NCBI GenBank assembly: GCA_964016885.1
Contig: OZ024751.1
Span: forward strand, 4,650,001-4,714,000
Direction: 5' to 3'
Source of the DNA: Eledone cirrhosa
Taxonomy: Eukaryota
Length of the DNA: 64,000 bases
In this document: piece after piece, positions 1 to 13,407 of the stretch
How the letters are laid out: the number at the start of each line of letters is the position of its first letter
Numbering within the stretch: position 1 is the stretch's first letter
The notes under the pieces: generated by a model
Database searches by the model: none
What the model was told of the DNA's origin: nothing
Seen by the model: only the letters and a program-made list of their open reading frames with translations
Translations under genes and position numbers: made by a program

Positions 1-3000
1 TAGACATGTGCCCTCAATAGACATGTGTCCTTAATAGACATGTCCTTAATAGACATGTGTCCTCAATAGACATGTGTCCTTAATAGACATGTCCTTAATA
101 GACATGTGTCCTCAATAGAGATGTGTCCTCAATAGACATGTGTCCTTAATAGACATGTGTCCTAAATAGACATGTGTCCTCACTAGACATGTGTCTTTAA
201 TAGACATGTCCTCAATAGACGTCCTCAAGAAACGTGTGTCCTCAATAAACATGTGTCATCAATAGACATGTGTCCTTAATAGACATGTCCTTAATAGACA
301 TGTCCTCAATAGACATGTGGCCTCAATACGCATGTGGCTTCAATAGACATGTGACCTCAATAGACGTGTGTTTTCAATAGAAGTGTGTCCTTAATAAACA
401 TGTGTCCTTAATAGACATGTGCCCTTAAGAGACATGTGGCCACAATCGACATGTGTCCTTCATAGACATGTGTCCTCAATAGACATGTGTGCTTTATAGT
501 CAGGAGTCCTTAATAGACAAAATTCCTGAATAGACATGTCCTCAATAGACATGTGTCCTTAATAGACAAGTGTCCTCAATATACACGTGTGCTCAATAGA
601 CACATGTCCTCAATAGACATGTGTCTTCAATAGACATGTGTCCTTAATAGACATGTGTCCTTAATAGACATGTGTCCTCAATAGACATGTGTCCTCAATA
701 GACATGTGTCCTTCAGAGACATGTGTCCTTAATAGACATGTGTCCTCAACAGACATGCCCTCAATAGACATGTGTCCTCAATAGACATGTGTCCTCAATA
801 GACCTGTGTCCTCAATAGACCTGTGTCCTCAATAGACATGTCCTCAATAGACATGTGTCCTTAATAGACATGTGTCCGTCAGAGACATGTGTCCTTAATA
901 GACATGTGTCCTCAAGACATGCCCTCAATAGACATGTGTCCTTAATAGACATGTGTCCTCAATAGACATGTGTCCTCAATAGACATGTCCTTAATAGACA
1001 TGTGTCTTTAATAGACATGTATCCTCAATAGACATATGTCCTTAAAAGACATGTGTCCTCAATAGACATGTGTCCTCAATAGACATGTGTCTTCAATAGA
1101 CATGTGTCCTCAATAGACATGTGTCCACAATAGACATGTGTCCTTAATTGACATGTGTCCTCAATAGACATGTGTCCTCAATAGACATGTGTCCTCAATC
1201 GACACGTGTACTCAATAGACATGTGTCCTTAATAGACACGTGTCCTTAATAGACATGTGCCCTTAATAGACATGTGTCCTCCATAGACATATGTCCTTAA
1301 TACACAGCTGTCCTCAATAGATATGTGTCCTCAATGGACATGTGTCCTGAATAGACCTGTGTCCTCAATGGACACCTGTCCTCAATAGACATGTGTCCGT
1401 AATAGACATGTGTCCTCAAAAGACATGTGTCCTCAATAGACATGGGTCCTTAATAGACATGCACTCAATAGACATGTGTCCTTAATAGACATGTGTCCTC
1501 AATAGACATGTGTCCTCAATAGACCTGTGTCCTCTATAGACATGTCCTTAATAGACATGTGTCCTCAATTGACATGTGTCCTTAATAGACAAGTGTCCTC
1601 AATAGACATGTGTCCTTAATAGACATGTTTCCTTCATAGACATGTGTCCTCAATAGACATGTGTCCTTAATAGACATGTTTCCTTAATAGACATGTCTTC
1701 AATAGACATGTGTCCTCAATAGACATGTATCCTCAATAGACATGTGTCCTTAATAGACATGTGTCCTTAATAGACATGTGTCGTCAATAGACAAGTGTCC
1801 TTAATAGACATTTGTCCTCAATAGACATGCCCTCAATAGACATGTGACCTTAATAGAGATGTGTCCTCAATAGACATGTGGTCACAATAAACATGTGTCC
1901 TTCATAGACATGTGTCCTCAATAGACATGTGTGCTTTATAGTCAGGAGTTCTTAATAGACATGTCTCCTCAATAGACATGTGTCCTCAATAGACATTTGT
2001 CCTTAATAGACATGTGTCCTTAATAGACATGTGTCCTCAATAGACATGTGTCCTCAATAGACATGTGTCCTCAATAGACATGTGTCATCAATAGACATGT
2101 GTCCTCAATAGACATGTGTCCAGAATAGACATGTGTCCTTAATTGACATGTGTCCTCAATAGATATGTGTCCTCAATAGACATGTGTCCTCAATCGACAT
2201 GTGTCCTCAATAGACACGTGTCCTCAATAGACATGTGTCCTCAATAGACATGTCTCCTTAACAGACATGTGTCCTCAATAGACATGTGTCCTTAACAGAC
2301 ATGTGTCCTCAATAGACATGTGTCCACATTAGACAGGTGTCCTCAATAGACATGTGTCCTCAATAGACCTGTGTCCTCAATAGACATGTCCTTAATAGAC
2401 ATGTGTCCTCAATAGACATGTGTCCTTAATAGACATGTGTCCTTCATAGACATTTGTCTTTAATAGACATGTATCCTCAATAGACATGTGTCCTGAATAG
2501 ACATGTGTCCTCAATAGACATGTGTCCTCAATAGACATGTGTCCTCAATAGACTTGTGTCCTCAATAGATATGTCCTTAATACACATGTGTCCTCAATAG
2601 ACATGTGTCCTAAATAGACATGTGGCCTCAATAGACATGTGTCCTTCATAGTCATGTGTCCTCAATAGACATGTGTCCTTAATACACAGCTTTCCTCAAT
2701 AGATATGTGTCCTTAATAGACATGTGTTCTTAATAGACATGTGTCCTCAATAGACATGTGTCCTTAATACACAGCTTTCCTCAATAGACATGTCCTTAAT
2801 AGACATGTGTCCTCAATAGACATGTGTCCTTAATAGACATGTGTCCTCAATAGACATGTGGCCTCAATAGACATGTGTCCTTCATAGTCATGTGTCCTCA
2901 ATAGACATGTGTCCTTAATACACAGCTTTCCTCAATAGACATGTGTTCTTAATAGACATGTGTCCTCAATAGACATGTGTCCTCAATAGACATGTGTCCT

Positions 3001-4360
3001 TAATAGACATGTGTCATTAATAAACATGTGTCCTCAGTAGACATGTGTCCTCAATAGACATGTGTCCTTAATAGACATGTGTCCTCAATAGAAAACGTGT
3101 CCTTAATAGACATGTGTCCTCAATAGACATGTTCTCAATAGACATGTGTCCTTAATAGATATGTATCCTCAATAGACATGCCCTCAATAGACATGTGTCC
3201 TCAATAGACATGTGTCCTTAATAGACATGTCCTTAATAGACATGTGTCCTCAATAGACATGTGTCCTCAATAGACATGTCCTTAATAGACATGTCCTTAA
3301 TACACGTGTCCTCAATAGACATGTGTCCTCAATAGACATGTGTCCTCAATAGACATATGTCCTCAATAGACATGTGTCCTCAATAGACTTGTGTCTTCAA
3401 TAGATATGTCCTTAATACACAGCTGTCCTCAATACACATGTGTCCTAAATAGACATGTCCTTAATACACATGTGTCCTCAATAGACATGTGTCCTTAAAA
3501 GACATGTGTTCTTAATAAACATGTGTCTTCAATACACATGTGCCCTCAATAGACGTGTGTCCTTAAAAGACATGTGTCCTCAATAGACATGTCCTTAATA
3601 GACATGTGTCATTAATAGACATGTCCTTAATACACATGTTTCCTTAACAGACCTGTGTCCTTAATAGACATGTGTCCTCAATAGACATGTCCTTAACACA
3701 CGTGTCCTCAATAGAAAGTGTCCTCAATAGACATGTGTCCGTAATAGACATGAGGCCTCAATAGACATGTGTGCTCAATAGACCTGTGTCCTCAATAGAC
3801 ATGTCCTTAATACACGTGTCCTCAATAGACCTGTGTCCTCAATAGACATGTCCTTAATACACGTGTCCTCAATAGACATGTGTCCTCAATAGACATGTGT
3901 CCTCAATAGACATCTGTCCTCAATAGACGTGTGTCCTTAATAGACATGTATCCTTAATAGACATGTGTTCTTAATAGACATGTGTCCTCAATTGACATGT
4001 GTCGTCAATAGACATGTGTCCTCAATAGACATATGTCCTCAATTGTCATGTGTCCTTAATAGACATGTGTCCTTAATAGACATGCCCTCAATAGACGTGT
4101 GTCCTTAATAGACATCTCTCATTAATAGACATGTGTCCTCAATAGACATCTCCTTAATAGACGTGTGTCCTTAATAGACTTGTGGCCTCAATAGACATTT
4201 GTCCTTAATAGAAATGTGTCCTTAGTAGACATGTGTACTCAATAGACATGTGTACTCAATAGACATGTGTCCTTAATAGACATGTGGCCTCAATAGACAT
4301 GTTTCCTTAGTAGACATGTGGCCTCAATAGACATGTTTCCTTAGTAGACACGTGTCCTGA
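1..4360. repeat. Satellite array, 17-bp unit TAGACATGTGTCCTYAA with 15-bp variant TAGACATGTCCTYAA (roughly 260 units; runs off left edge)
   Basis: Direct tandem periodicity, no unique spacers; rare variant blocks recur (GCTTTATAGTCAGGAG at ~491 and ~1933). Confidence 0.97.
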
Positions 4361-4399
4361 ATTAGCATGTATCGTTTATTCATATATGTATCAGAGATG

Positions 4400-4548
4400 C
4401 TGTTACTACTACTGCTACCACTACAACTACTACTACTACTACTACTAATACTGCTACTGCTTCTACTACTACTACTGCTGCTACTACTACTGCTGCTACT
4501 ACTACTGCTACTACTACTACTACTACTACTACTACTATTGTTACTGCA
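4400..4548. repeat. (CTA/CTG)n microsatellite
   Basis: Trinucleotide run; source of the poly-Leu pseudo-ORF. Confidence 0.95.
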
Positions 4549-4734
4549 GCTGTGGCTCGATGTTTCCCAATTTGGAAGAATTCACTCTATGACAAAAAAC
4601 TTCTGTGGATGAACAATTAAGCAACACCCCTGATGCAGTGAACACTTCAGTATTGATCCTGAATTGGTACAAATTATGAAGGGCCACGTGTGGTATATAC
4701 TGGGACATTACAGTCCTTAACAATAAGAGGAACT

Positions 4735-5240
4735 TTGGCACAAGGTCACATATTTTGGGGGACAGGTAAAGGATACAGAGTGACTAAGCACGTGAGACTG
4801 GTACTTTATTTTATCAGAAGGATGAAGGACCAAAGTTGATCTCGGTAGGTTTGGAACTGAAAATGTAATGAGCCAGAAGAAATAGAACGAGGCATTTCTA
4901 ACGATGCTCGAATGATTTCACCAACCCACTACAGCAATATTAATGATGGCTTCTGATTTAGGCACAAGGGCAGCAATTTGGGGAGAGGAGAATGTCAATT
5001 AAATCGACCCCAGTGTATTACTGGTACTTTATTTTATCGATGCTGTAAGGATGAAAGGTAAAGCTAACCTCGGCGGGATTTGAACTCAGAACGAAAAGGG
5101 CCGTGACTCTATGCTGCAAAGCATGTTGCCCAACGCTCTATGGGGTCGATAAAATAAAACACCAGCAAGTATTGGGGTTGATTTAATCGACTTTTCCCTC
5201 CCCTGAAAATTGTTGGCCTTGTGCCTATAGTAGAAACCAT
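4735..5240. mobile_element. Cluster of 2-3 tRNA-derived SINE copies (family A), mixed orientation
   Basis: Shared motifs GAGTTCAAATCCCGCCGAGGT (B-box-like), TTTGCCTTTCATCC, GGGGTCGATAAAATAAAGTACCAG and GCTGGCCTTGTGCC, seen in many copies across the window. Confidence 0.85.
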
Positions 5241-5970
5241 TATTAGTGTTATTATCATTATTATTAGTATTATTATTATTATTATAATTTGTTACATAGT
5301 GATGACAACCATTGTGAAATATATGACGAGAATGGATAGAAAGGATTTAGAGTCGAATATGGATAAATTCCCAATGGGAAATAAAAACGTTTAACTATTA
5401 AATAATAATAATAATATAAAGAAAATATTTTTTCTTGTCTACTTTAGAACTGACACCAATAATAACAACAACAACAACAGCAATGATTAATAATAATAAT
5501 GTTTTCCCTTTTGTAAGGTGTCTCTAGCAATCGGTTGCTAGGTGAAGTGCTTTAATTGGCCTCAGATCAGTCCCTGATCTCAAAGACTCAAATAATAATA
5601 TAATAATAATAATAATAATAATAATATAGTATCAACAATGGAAGAGCAACTGAGAAAGATGACCATGATCGGCGGAAGATATATGATTTGAGAATATATT
5701 AAACAATGTGTAGTGACAAAACTGACAGATGTTGAGGGCATTTGACACTGGATGATTCGATGCTCGAGAAACCCAGCTTAATGTCGGAGTGTGTTCATAC
5801 AATTCATTTTCACAACTGAAAAACAAAAAGACAAACAAATCGAAAAAAAATTGAAAAAATTACATAAGAAGATAGAATTTGAAAGAAGACACATTATGAA
5901 ATAAAGACACTTTATCAAGGCAGAAAATACTCACCAATTACAAAAATACGATTTTAAAATATCACATATA

Positions 5971-6016
<46 letters not shown>

Positions 6017-6059
6017 GAGGTTCACCACTCTATCCAGTGGTGAACCTCAAACCTGAATA

Positions 6060-6109
<50 letters not shown>

Positions 6110-6111
<2 letters not shown>

Positions 6112-6850
6112 AAAGTTCTATTTAAATTGTTGGGATACAACAAGCAAATATTTTTATAACTGATATAAAGCACTCGACAAGTATTTGGAGTAAATATACA
6201 ATATTAACAAATGGAAACTATATTTATAAAACCATATTTATTTCATTATACATAGAAGGCCAGAACAATGCAGGTATGGATATTGAATATAAATACAAAT
6301 GCAAAAGATATTGCTGACAATCAGTCTTTTACCTTAAATTTATTTGAATATCCTTATATTTCGAGATAATATCTCTTCTACAGAGGGAAGTAAAGGGGTT
6401 AATCCAGTGTTCTAATTAGCTTGCCAAGTCATGCTGACAGGAAATTGTAAAGAAATTCCATTCTATTTCTAATGTCAAAGAGTGAATGTTAGGTGGATAA
6501 AGGGTTGTCTCCCTTTAAAAGGGTTTGGACATGTATGTCTAAGTGTGTGTGGGAGTATACGTGAAGGTGTAAGCATGCGTGTGTGTGTGAGAGATGGTGC
6601 ATGGAGGTGTAAGTGTGGGGCTAAGTGCTCTATAATGTTAAAAATTGGGTGTTGAGTTCTAGTCTGTTATTAAATGGTGGTTGTGTTTTGTCTATAATCA
6701 GTGCTTCTTTAATTCTAAGATTGCCGAGGTTTCTTTCCTTAACGTCTATCCTAACTATTATGTTTTTGTCGGTGTTTTTGCTTTTCACTAGGTGTTTCTT
6801 AAATGAGGAAGCGTTGGTGTTGAGGTGTTCTTTTAGAACACCTCAACACT
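6110..6850 (-). mobile_element. Penelope-like element 3' fragment (GIY-YIG C-terminus plus 3' UTR)
   Basis: Minus frame ~6839-6630 reads VLKEHLNTNASSFKKHL...NLRIKEALIIDKTQPPFNNRLEL...*, typical PLE endonuclease end. The 5' break is a fold-back GTGTTGAGGTGTTCT-ttt-AGAACACCTCAACAC (6817-6849). Confidence 0.7.
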
Positions 6851-6861
6851 AACGAGAGAGA

Positions 6862-7258
6862 GACATGGCTTAGTGGTTAGAGCATTGGCCTTGCAATCGA
6901 AAGGTTGTGAGTTCAATTCTCAGACCGGCTGATGTGTTGTTTCCTTGAGCAAAACACTTTATTTCACATTGCTCCAGTTTACTCAGCTGTAGAAATGAGA
7001 TGATAGGGACTGAGGTCCCTATCATTCCACTGCAAGGTGGTCATGGAGGTGCCACGGCAAAAAAGCACCCAGCCCACACTGTAAAGTGGACGAGTAGGCA
7101 CCATGGAAAAAAAAGCACCCAGCACTCACTGTAAATGAGGTTGGTGTTAGGAACGTCATCCAGCTGTAGAAATCAAGCCAGAATCAGTTCCCGTCACACC
7201 CTTGCAAGCAGGGAAAAAGCAGACATAAAATGAAATGATGATGATGATGATGATGATG
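6862..7258 (+). mobile_element. tRNA-head/CORE-like SINE (family B) with RTE-LINE-derived tail
   Basis: A-box TGGCTTAGTGG, B-box GAGTTCAATTC, CORE-like CCTTGAGCAAAACACTT. 7027-7190 matches the 3' UTR of the RTE at 9710-9870 (reverse complement). (TGA)n tail. Confidence 0.85.
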
Positions 7259-7280
7259 TATATGTATATATATATATATG

Positions 7281-9027
7281 TAACTGCTACAAGGGTAAAG
7301 GAGATGCACTAGATAGAGGAAACTATAGAGGCAGTAAATTAATTGACCAGGTCATGAAGGTCACAGAAAAAGTTATAGCGCAACTAATCAGAGAGCAAAT
7401 TGATCTAGATGAAATGCAGTTTGGGTTTGAGTCAGGTAAAAGTACCACAGACGCCCTTTTCCTTGTACGACAACTACAGGAGAAGTACCTAGCTAAAAGT
7501 AAACCCCTATACATAGCTTTTGTTGACTTGGAGAAAGCATTTGACAGAGTCTCCCGCGCCATTATCTGGTGGGCCCTTAGAAAACTAGGGGTAATGGCTT
7601 GTGAGAGCTATACAAGCCATGTATAAAGAAACAGTCAACAAGGTTAGAATTAACAACAAATATAGTGAATAATTTAGCGTAAAAGTTGGTTTTCATCAGG
7701 GCTCTGTCCTTAGCCCCCTCCTATTTATTATTGCCCTTCAGGCTATAACAGAGGAGTTCAAGACCGGCTGCCCATGGGAACTTCCATATGCAGATGATCT
7801 AACTCTCATAGCTGAATCGATGGATGAACTAGAGAAGAAATTCCAAACATGGAAGCATGACCTAGAATCAAAAGCCTTAAAGTTAACTTGTCTAAGACTA
7901 AAGTTCTAGTATGTAGGAAGGAAAATAGGGCACAGGTCCCCTCTGGGAGATGGCCATGATCAGTGTGTGGGAAAGGAGTAGGCAGAAATTCCATTTTATG
8001 TCCCAAATGCAAAGTATGGGTGCATAAAAGATGTAGTGGGATCACAGGTAAGCTATCTAAGAACGCAGATTTTATATGTGGCCGGTGCTCAGGTGCAATA
8101 AGTAGCAAGCGCCCACAGGATATTAGCTCCTTCTATTGCCCAGATGGCTCTATAGAAATAGTGGACACCTGCCGTTACCTGGGTGACAAAATCAGCAGTG
8201 GTGGAGGGTGCTCAGAAAGTACAGTAGCCAGAGTCAGAACGGGATGGAAAAAGTTCAGAGAGCTTATACCACTATTGGCCGCTAAAGGTTTCTCTCTAAA
8301 AATGAAAGGCAGACTGTATGATGCCTGCATACGAACAGCTATGTTACATGGCAGTTAGATATGGGCAGACTGGAGAGGAACGAAACATGCATGCTTCGTT
8401 GGATGTGTAATAGTAATATATGTGAATGGCAAAGCATAAATGAACTAAGTGAAAAATTAGGAATAAGAGGGATCAGATGCTGTTTACTCGAGAGAAGACT
8501 AAGTTGGTATGGTCACGTGATGCGCATGGAAGACGACAGCTGTATAAAAAAGTGCAGGGCGATCAAAATTGACGGAAGTTACGGAGTAGGCAGACCCAGA
8601 AAACCTGGGAGGATTTGATAAATTCCGACCTTACACACTTACACCTCTCCAAGACAATGTCACTGGAACGAGATCTTTGGCGCTAGACAGTTGGCACCTA
8701 TTAACCAAATATACACCCCCTCCCACTACCCCAACTCCCCCACCCCCATCAACACCACCCATTCTCTGTAAAGTTATGTTGGTACCACAACATCCATTCC
8801 TAAATAAATGAGGTTGTGTAGGTGTTACGACAAAAAAAAAAACACACAGTCCACACTGTAATGTGGCCGTGTATGTAACACGGTAAAAACCTCCCAGTCC
8901 ACACTGTAAACGTGGAAAACTTGCCAGACAGTCCCATACAAGCGAGGCAACCAATCTTACCTCAAGTGGGACAATTCCCGTCTAAACCCATGCTAGCATG
9001 GAAGATAGATGTTAAGCGATGAGGATG

Positions 9028-9030
<3 letters not shown>
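7281..9030 (+). mobile_element. 5'-truncated, disrupted RTE-type LINE (RT plus PHD finger)
   Basis: ORF pieces 7354-7626, 7963-8358 and 8361-8618 with QFGF, FVDLEKAFDRV and YADD motifs; stops and frameshifts; (GAT)n tail. Confidence 0.93.
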
Positions 9031-9059
<29 letters not shown>

Positions 9060-9469
9060 CATTTGATGTGGATTTAACCCAAGCAATATAAGGAACACTT
9101 GTGATTATTTATGCCCTTGAGAAGCCCAACTGGGCGAAACGTACGTAGGTGATATTTTAAATAAACATGTTTTAACGGTCTATTCTCCGATTTTTTACTT
9201 TCCCACGTATGTATATATATATATATATGAAAATATATATATGTATATATCATCGAAGACAAACTATCGAATATAATTAAACAACAGGAGACTCAGAATA
9301 CTTATCAGAGGTTATAGTCTCAACATTCTAAGAGAAATATAGAATGAAAATAGTATATAAAACAATATACTTGCCAATATCCACAGAGACGTCTAATGCA
9401 CCAACCGATATGTTTTGATTCAGTAATGTACTGGATAATTGCTGGCCTTGTGCCAAAAGTAGAAACAAT

Positions 9470-9505
<36 letters not shown>

Positions 9506-9600
9506 TATATAAATATGTTACCAAGCACTTATTCACATCATAATTTTATTTACAATTGTTTCATTCTCATAGGACTTATGAAAATCAATTATATATATAT

Positions 9601-11312
9601 CATCATCATCATCACCGTTTTACGTCCGTTCTTCCACGCTAGCATGGGTTAGACGGGTTGTCCTGTTGTGGGCAGTGTCTGGTCGGCTGACCATGCCTTG
9701 CTCATACAGGAACTGATTTGGCTTGATTTCTACAGCTGGATGCCCTTCCTAACACCAACCTCATTTACAGTGAGTGCTGGGTGCTTTTTCGTGGCGCCTA
9801 CACGTCCACTTTACAGTGTGGGCTGGGTGCTTTTTTGCCATGGCACCTCCACGACCACCTTGCGGTGGGGGCATATTGTCTATATGCTTCAGCTTGTACC
9901 CATGGGAGGTCGGGTACTCTGTATTACTGCGTGACACCAGAAGTCATGGTCGTGTGTCATTGCCTTTGAGAGGTGTAATTGGGTAAGGTCGGCTTTTATT
10001 ACCTCATCCCAGGTCATCTTGGGTCTCCCCACTCCGCGGTTTCCATCAACTTCTAGTGCTCTGCACCTTTTTATGCAGCTGTCATCCTTCATACGCATCA
10101 CATGTCCATACCAGCGCAACCGCCTCTCCTGCACACACCATTTGATTCCTCTTATGCTCAGTCTCTCTCTCAATTCATTTATGCTTTGTCGTTCACGTAT
10201 ATTACTGTTACACATCCATCGGAGCATGCAGGCTTCGTTTCTCTCTAATCTACGTAAGTCTTCCACCTTCAGCGCCCAGGTCTCACTACCATGCAACATT
10301 GCTGTTCGGATACACGCATCATACAGTCTGCCTTTCATTCTGAGGGAGAAGCCTTTTGCAGCTAGCAGTGGTAGTAGTTCCCTAAACTTCTTCCATCCCG
10401 TTCTTACCCTAGTTATCATACTTTCTGAACACCCACCTCCGCTGCTAATTCGGTCACCTAGGTAGCAGAAGCTGTCTACTGTTTCTACAGAGCCCTCCCA
10501 GAGATTGGTGGTACTTGTTTCCTGTGGCTGTTTGCTGCTTGCTGTCTCAGCACAGCTGCTGCATGTGAAACCTACATTCTTAATTAAGCTTCCTGAGATC
10601 CCGCTACATCTCTTGTGTACCCATTGTTTGCATTTAGGGCAGAGAATGGAGTTCCTACCTACACCTTTCCTACATACTGAGCAAGGCCATTTCCCTGAGG
10701 GGATCTGGGTTCTGTTTTCTCGTCTACTTACAAGGACCTTAGTCTTTGTCATGCTGACTTTGAGACCCTTTCTTTCTAGTCCCTGCTTCCAAGTTTGGAA
10801 TTTATTCTCTAGTTCTACCATAGATTCAGCTATGAGTGCGAGGTCATCAGCATACAGGAGATCCCATGGGCATCCGGTCTTAAACTCCTCCGTTATTGCC
10901 TGCAGGACTATGATGAACAGGAGGGGGCTAAGAACAGAGCCCTGGTGGACCCCAACCTGTACGCTAAGTTCCTCGCTATACTCATTGCTAATCCTAACTT
11001 TGCTGACTGCTCCCCTATACATGGCTTGTACCGCTTTCACAGGCCATTCATCTACTCCTAGTTTTCTAAGAGCCCACCAGATTACAGCACGTGGAACTCT
11101 GTCAAAGGCTTTCTCAAGGTCGACAAATGCCAAGTAGAGTGGCTTACTTTTAGCTAGGTACTTTTCCTGTAATTGCCTCACAAGGAAGAGGGCATCAGTG
11201 GTGCCTCTTCCTGGTACAAACCCAAATTGCATCACGTCTATTTTCACCCGGTCCCTAATCAACTGTGCTATAACTCTTTCTGTTACTTTCATGACCTGGT
11301 CCATCAATTTTA
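9601..11312 (-). mobile_element. 5'-truncated RTE-type LINE with uninterrupted RT ORF (9889-11319)
   Basis: 476-aa ORF with DLEKAFDRVP, GVHQGSVLSPLLF, LLYADD, PHD finger and GRPKMTW; (GAT)n tail at 9601. Confidence 0.95.
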
Positions 11313-11377
11313 TATTCATATATTATATATTGCATATATATATTCATATATATAATATTAGATATATATATGTATAC

Positions 11378-11425
<48 letters not shown>

Positions 11426-11496
11426 GGGGGGGGGGGATGAAGTATTTCCGTCGGAAAGGTACAGGAAAAAAGAGTGCTCTATGTAGGCTACAGAGC

Positions 11497-11718
11497 TTAT
11501 TAGTTATGTAATAAACAACATAAGATAATTATTTCATTTACCAGTGGTTTCTTGAAGGCAGATGTTGTGTCTGTCTTCAGTCGTCAGAATGAATAAATAA
11601 CATGTAGATAGATGTTATTTATTCATTCTGACGACTGAAGAGAGACATAACATCTGCCTTCAAGAAACCACTGGTAAATGAAATAATTATCTTATGTTGT
11701 TTATCACATAACTAATAA
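11497..11718. repeat. Near-perfect inverted repeat, ~107-bp arms, 8-nt loop, with decayed hammerhead core
   Basis: Arms 11497-11603 and 11612-11718; CTGACGA-ctgaaga(c/g)a-GACA in each arm. Confidence 0.9.
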
Positions 11719-11805
11719 ATATGTATGTATATATATATATTATATGAAAAAAAGACACTGTATCAAAGCAGAAAGTACTTACCAATTACAAAAATACGAT
11801 TTTTA

Positions 11806-11856
<51 letters not shown>

Positions 11857-12674
11857 AATTCATTTCATCTCTTTTTTGGACGACAGCTTTTTTCATGGAC
11901 CACGAGTCTATCTGGTTGAAATGTACGACTGCATATACGACACGGGACCAATGCGGCTTGCGAACTCTTCCATGCAGCTTCATTTATCGCATCGATGTTA
12001 TACACGCCGCTGCTGCCTTTAAACAGATAATTTTTTTCGATTAATGTTTTTATTTACATAAATAACGGTGTCCAACGATGTACACACACTTTGATTACCT
12101 CTACAGGTAATATTTATTCGAACGCTGTTGAAGTGTGCATACATTTTTTGGGGGCACCATGTATTTCGCATAAGAAAAGGAAGAAAGAAAAAAAAAATAA
12201 TAATGAAAATAAGGCGAAGGGAGAGTGACAGATTCTACACTCCTGTCTAAGCGGTATATCTCAACTGCATCCCACGGATAAAATGGCGAAAGCACTGTCG
12301 CGGAGAAGAGCCAGTGACATCCGCTGTATTAGCCATTCAACCCCAGGTGGGTTAATTCCGGGGACCAAGGAAGACACTGGAAATCTCGACGGTGACCGAC
12401 ACGAAAAAGAAGTGGTCAGTCAAATTATGGTATTTGGGTATCTTCTGTACCTCTGCGTTACAGGTGGCAGTGCCAGGGGTTATGGCCGAAACGACAAATT
12501 TTAGAGGCGGAGAACGTATCGTACCACGTGGGCCTATTTCGCCCTCTCGCCCGAGGTGTTGGCAGCTACTGCCAAAAAGACTCTAGTCTATCACTGCGTC
12601 TCAACATAGATGAGACGACCAGATTCAGCATCACACACTAATAATTCGGTTAATCCAACCACGTTAATAACTGT

Positions 12675-12968
12675 TTCTACTATAGGCACAAGGCCAGTAA
12701 TTTGAAGGAGAGGTGGAAGGACGAAAGACAAAGCTAACCTCGGCCGGATTTGAATTCAGAACATAAAGGGACGTAATTCTCTACTGCGAAGCATGTTGTC
12801 CGACGCTCTATCGATACTGCCAAGTAATAATAATAATTATTATTTTATTATTGAGTTCAAATCCCGCCGAGGTTCACTTTGCCTTTCATCCTTACGGGGT
12901 CGATAAAATAAAGTACCAGTACTGTACTGGGTAATTGCTGGCCTTGTGCCAAAAGTAGAAACAATTAT
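12675..12968. mobile_element. Two family-A SINE copies in opposite orientation
   Basis: Same conserved motifs as other family-A copies. Confidence 0.8.
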
Positions 12969-12975
12969 TTTATTA

Positions 12976-13326
<351 letters not shown>

Positions 13327-13330
13327 TTAT

Positions 13331-13407
<77 letters not shown>

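Noticed and set aside
1-4360. CRISPR array
   Set aside because: Contiguous tandem units with no unique spacers, no cas genes, eukaryotic context.
4367-4612. Poly-Leu membrane protein ORF
   Set aside because: Translation of a (CTA/CTG)n microsatellite.
4541-4741. Further host exon (also candidates at 9380-9430 and 44600-44710)
   Set aside because: No recognisable protein similarity or phase-consistent splice path.
5903-5960. Spliced-leader-like RNA (repeat also at 11752-11810; minus strand ATTTTTG...GGTRAGT)
   Set aside because: The Sm-like site precedes the donor, the wrong order for an SL RNA; more likely a repeat terminus.
6862-6930. tRNA gene
   Set aside because: A/B boxes run into a SINE body with no acceptor stem; it is a SINE head.
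10019-11137. Long antisense ORFs opposite LINE RTs (also 23549-23977, 28063-29184, 55469-56206)
   Set aside because: Shadow frames of TE coding sequence with no independent motifs.
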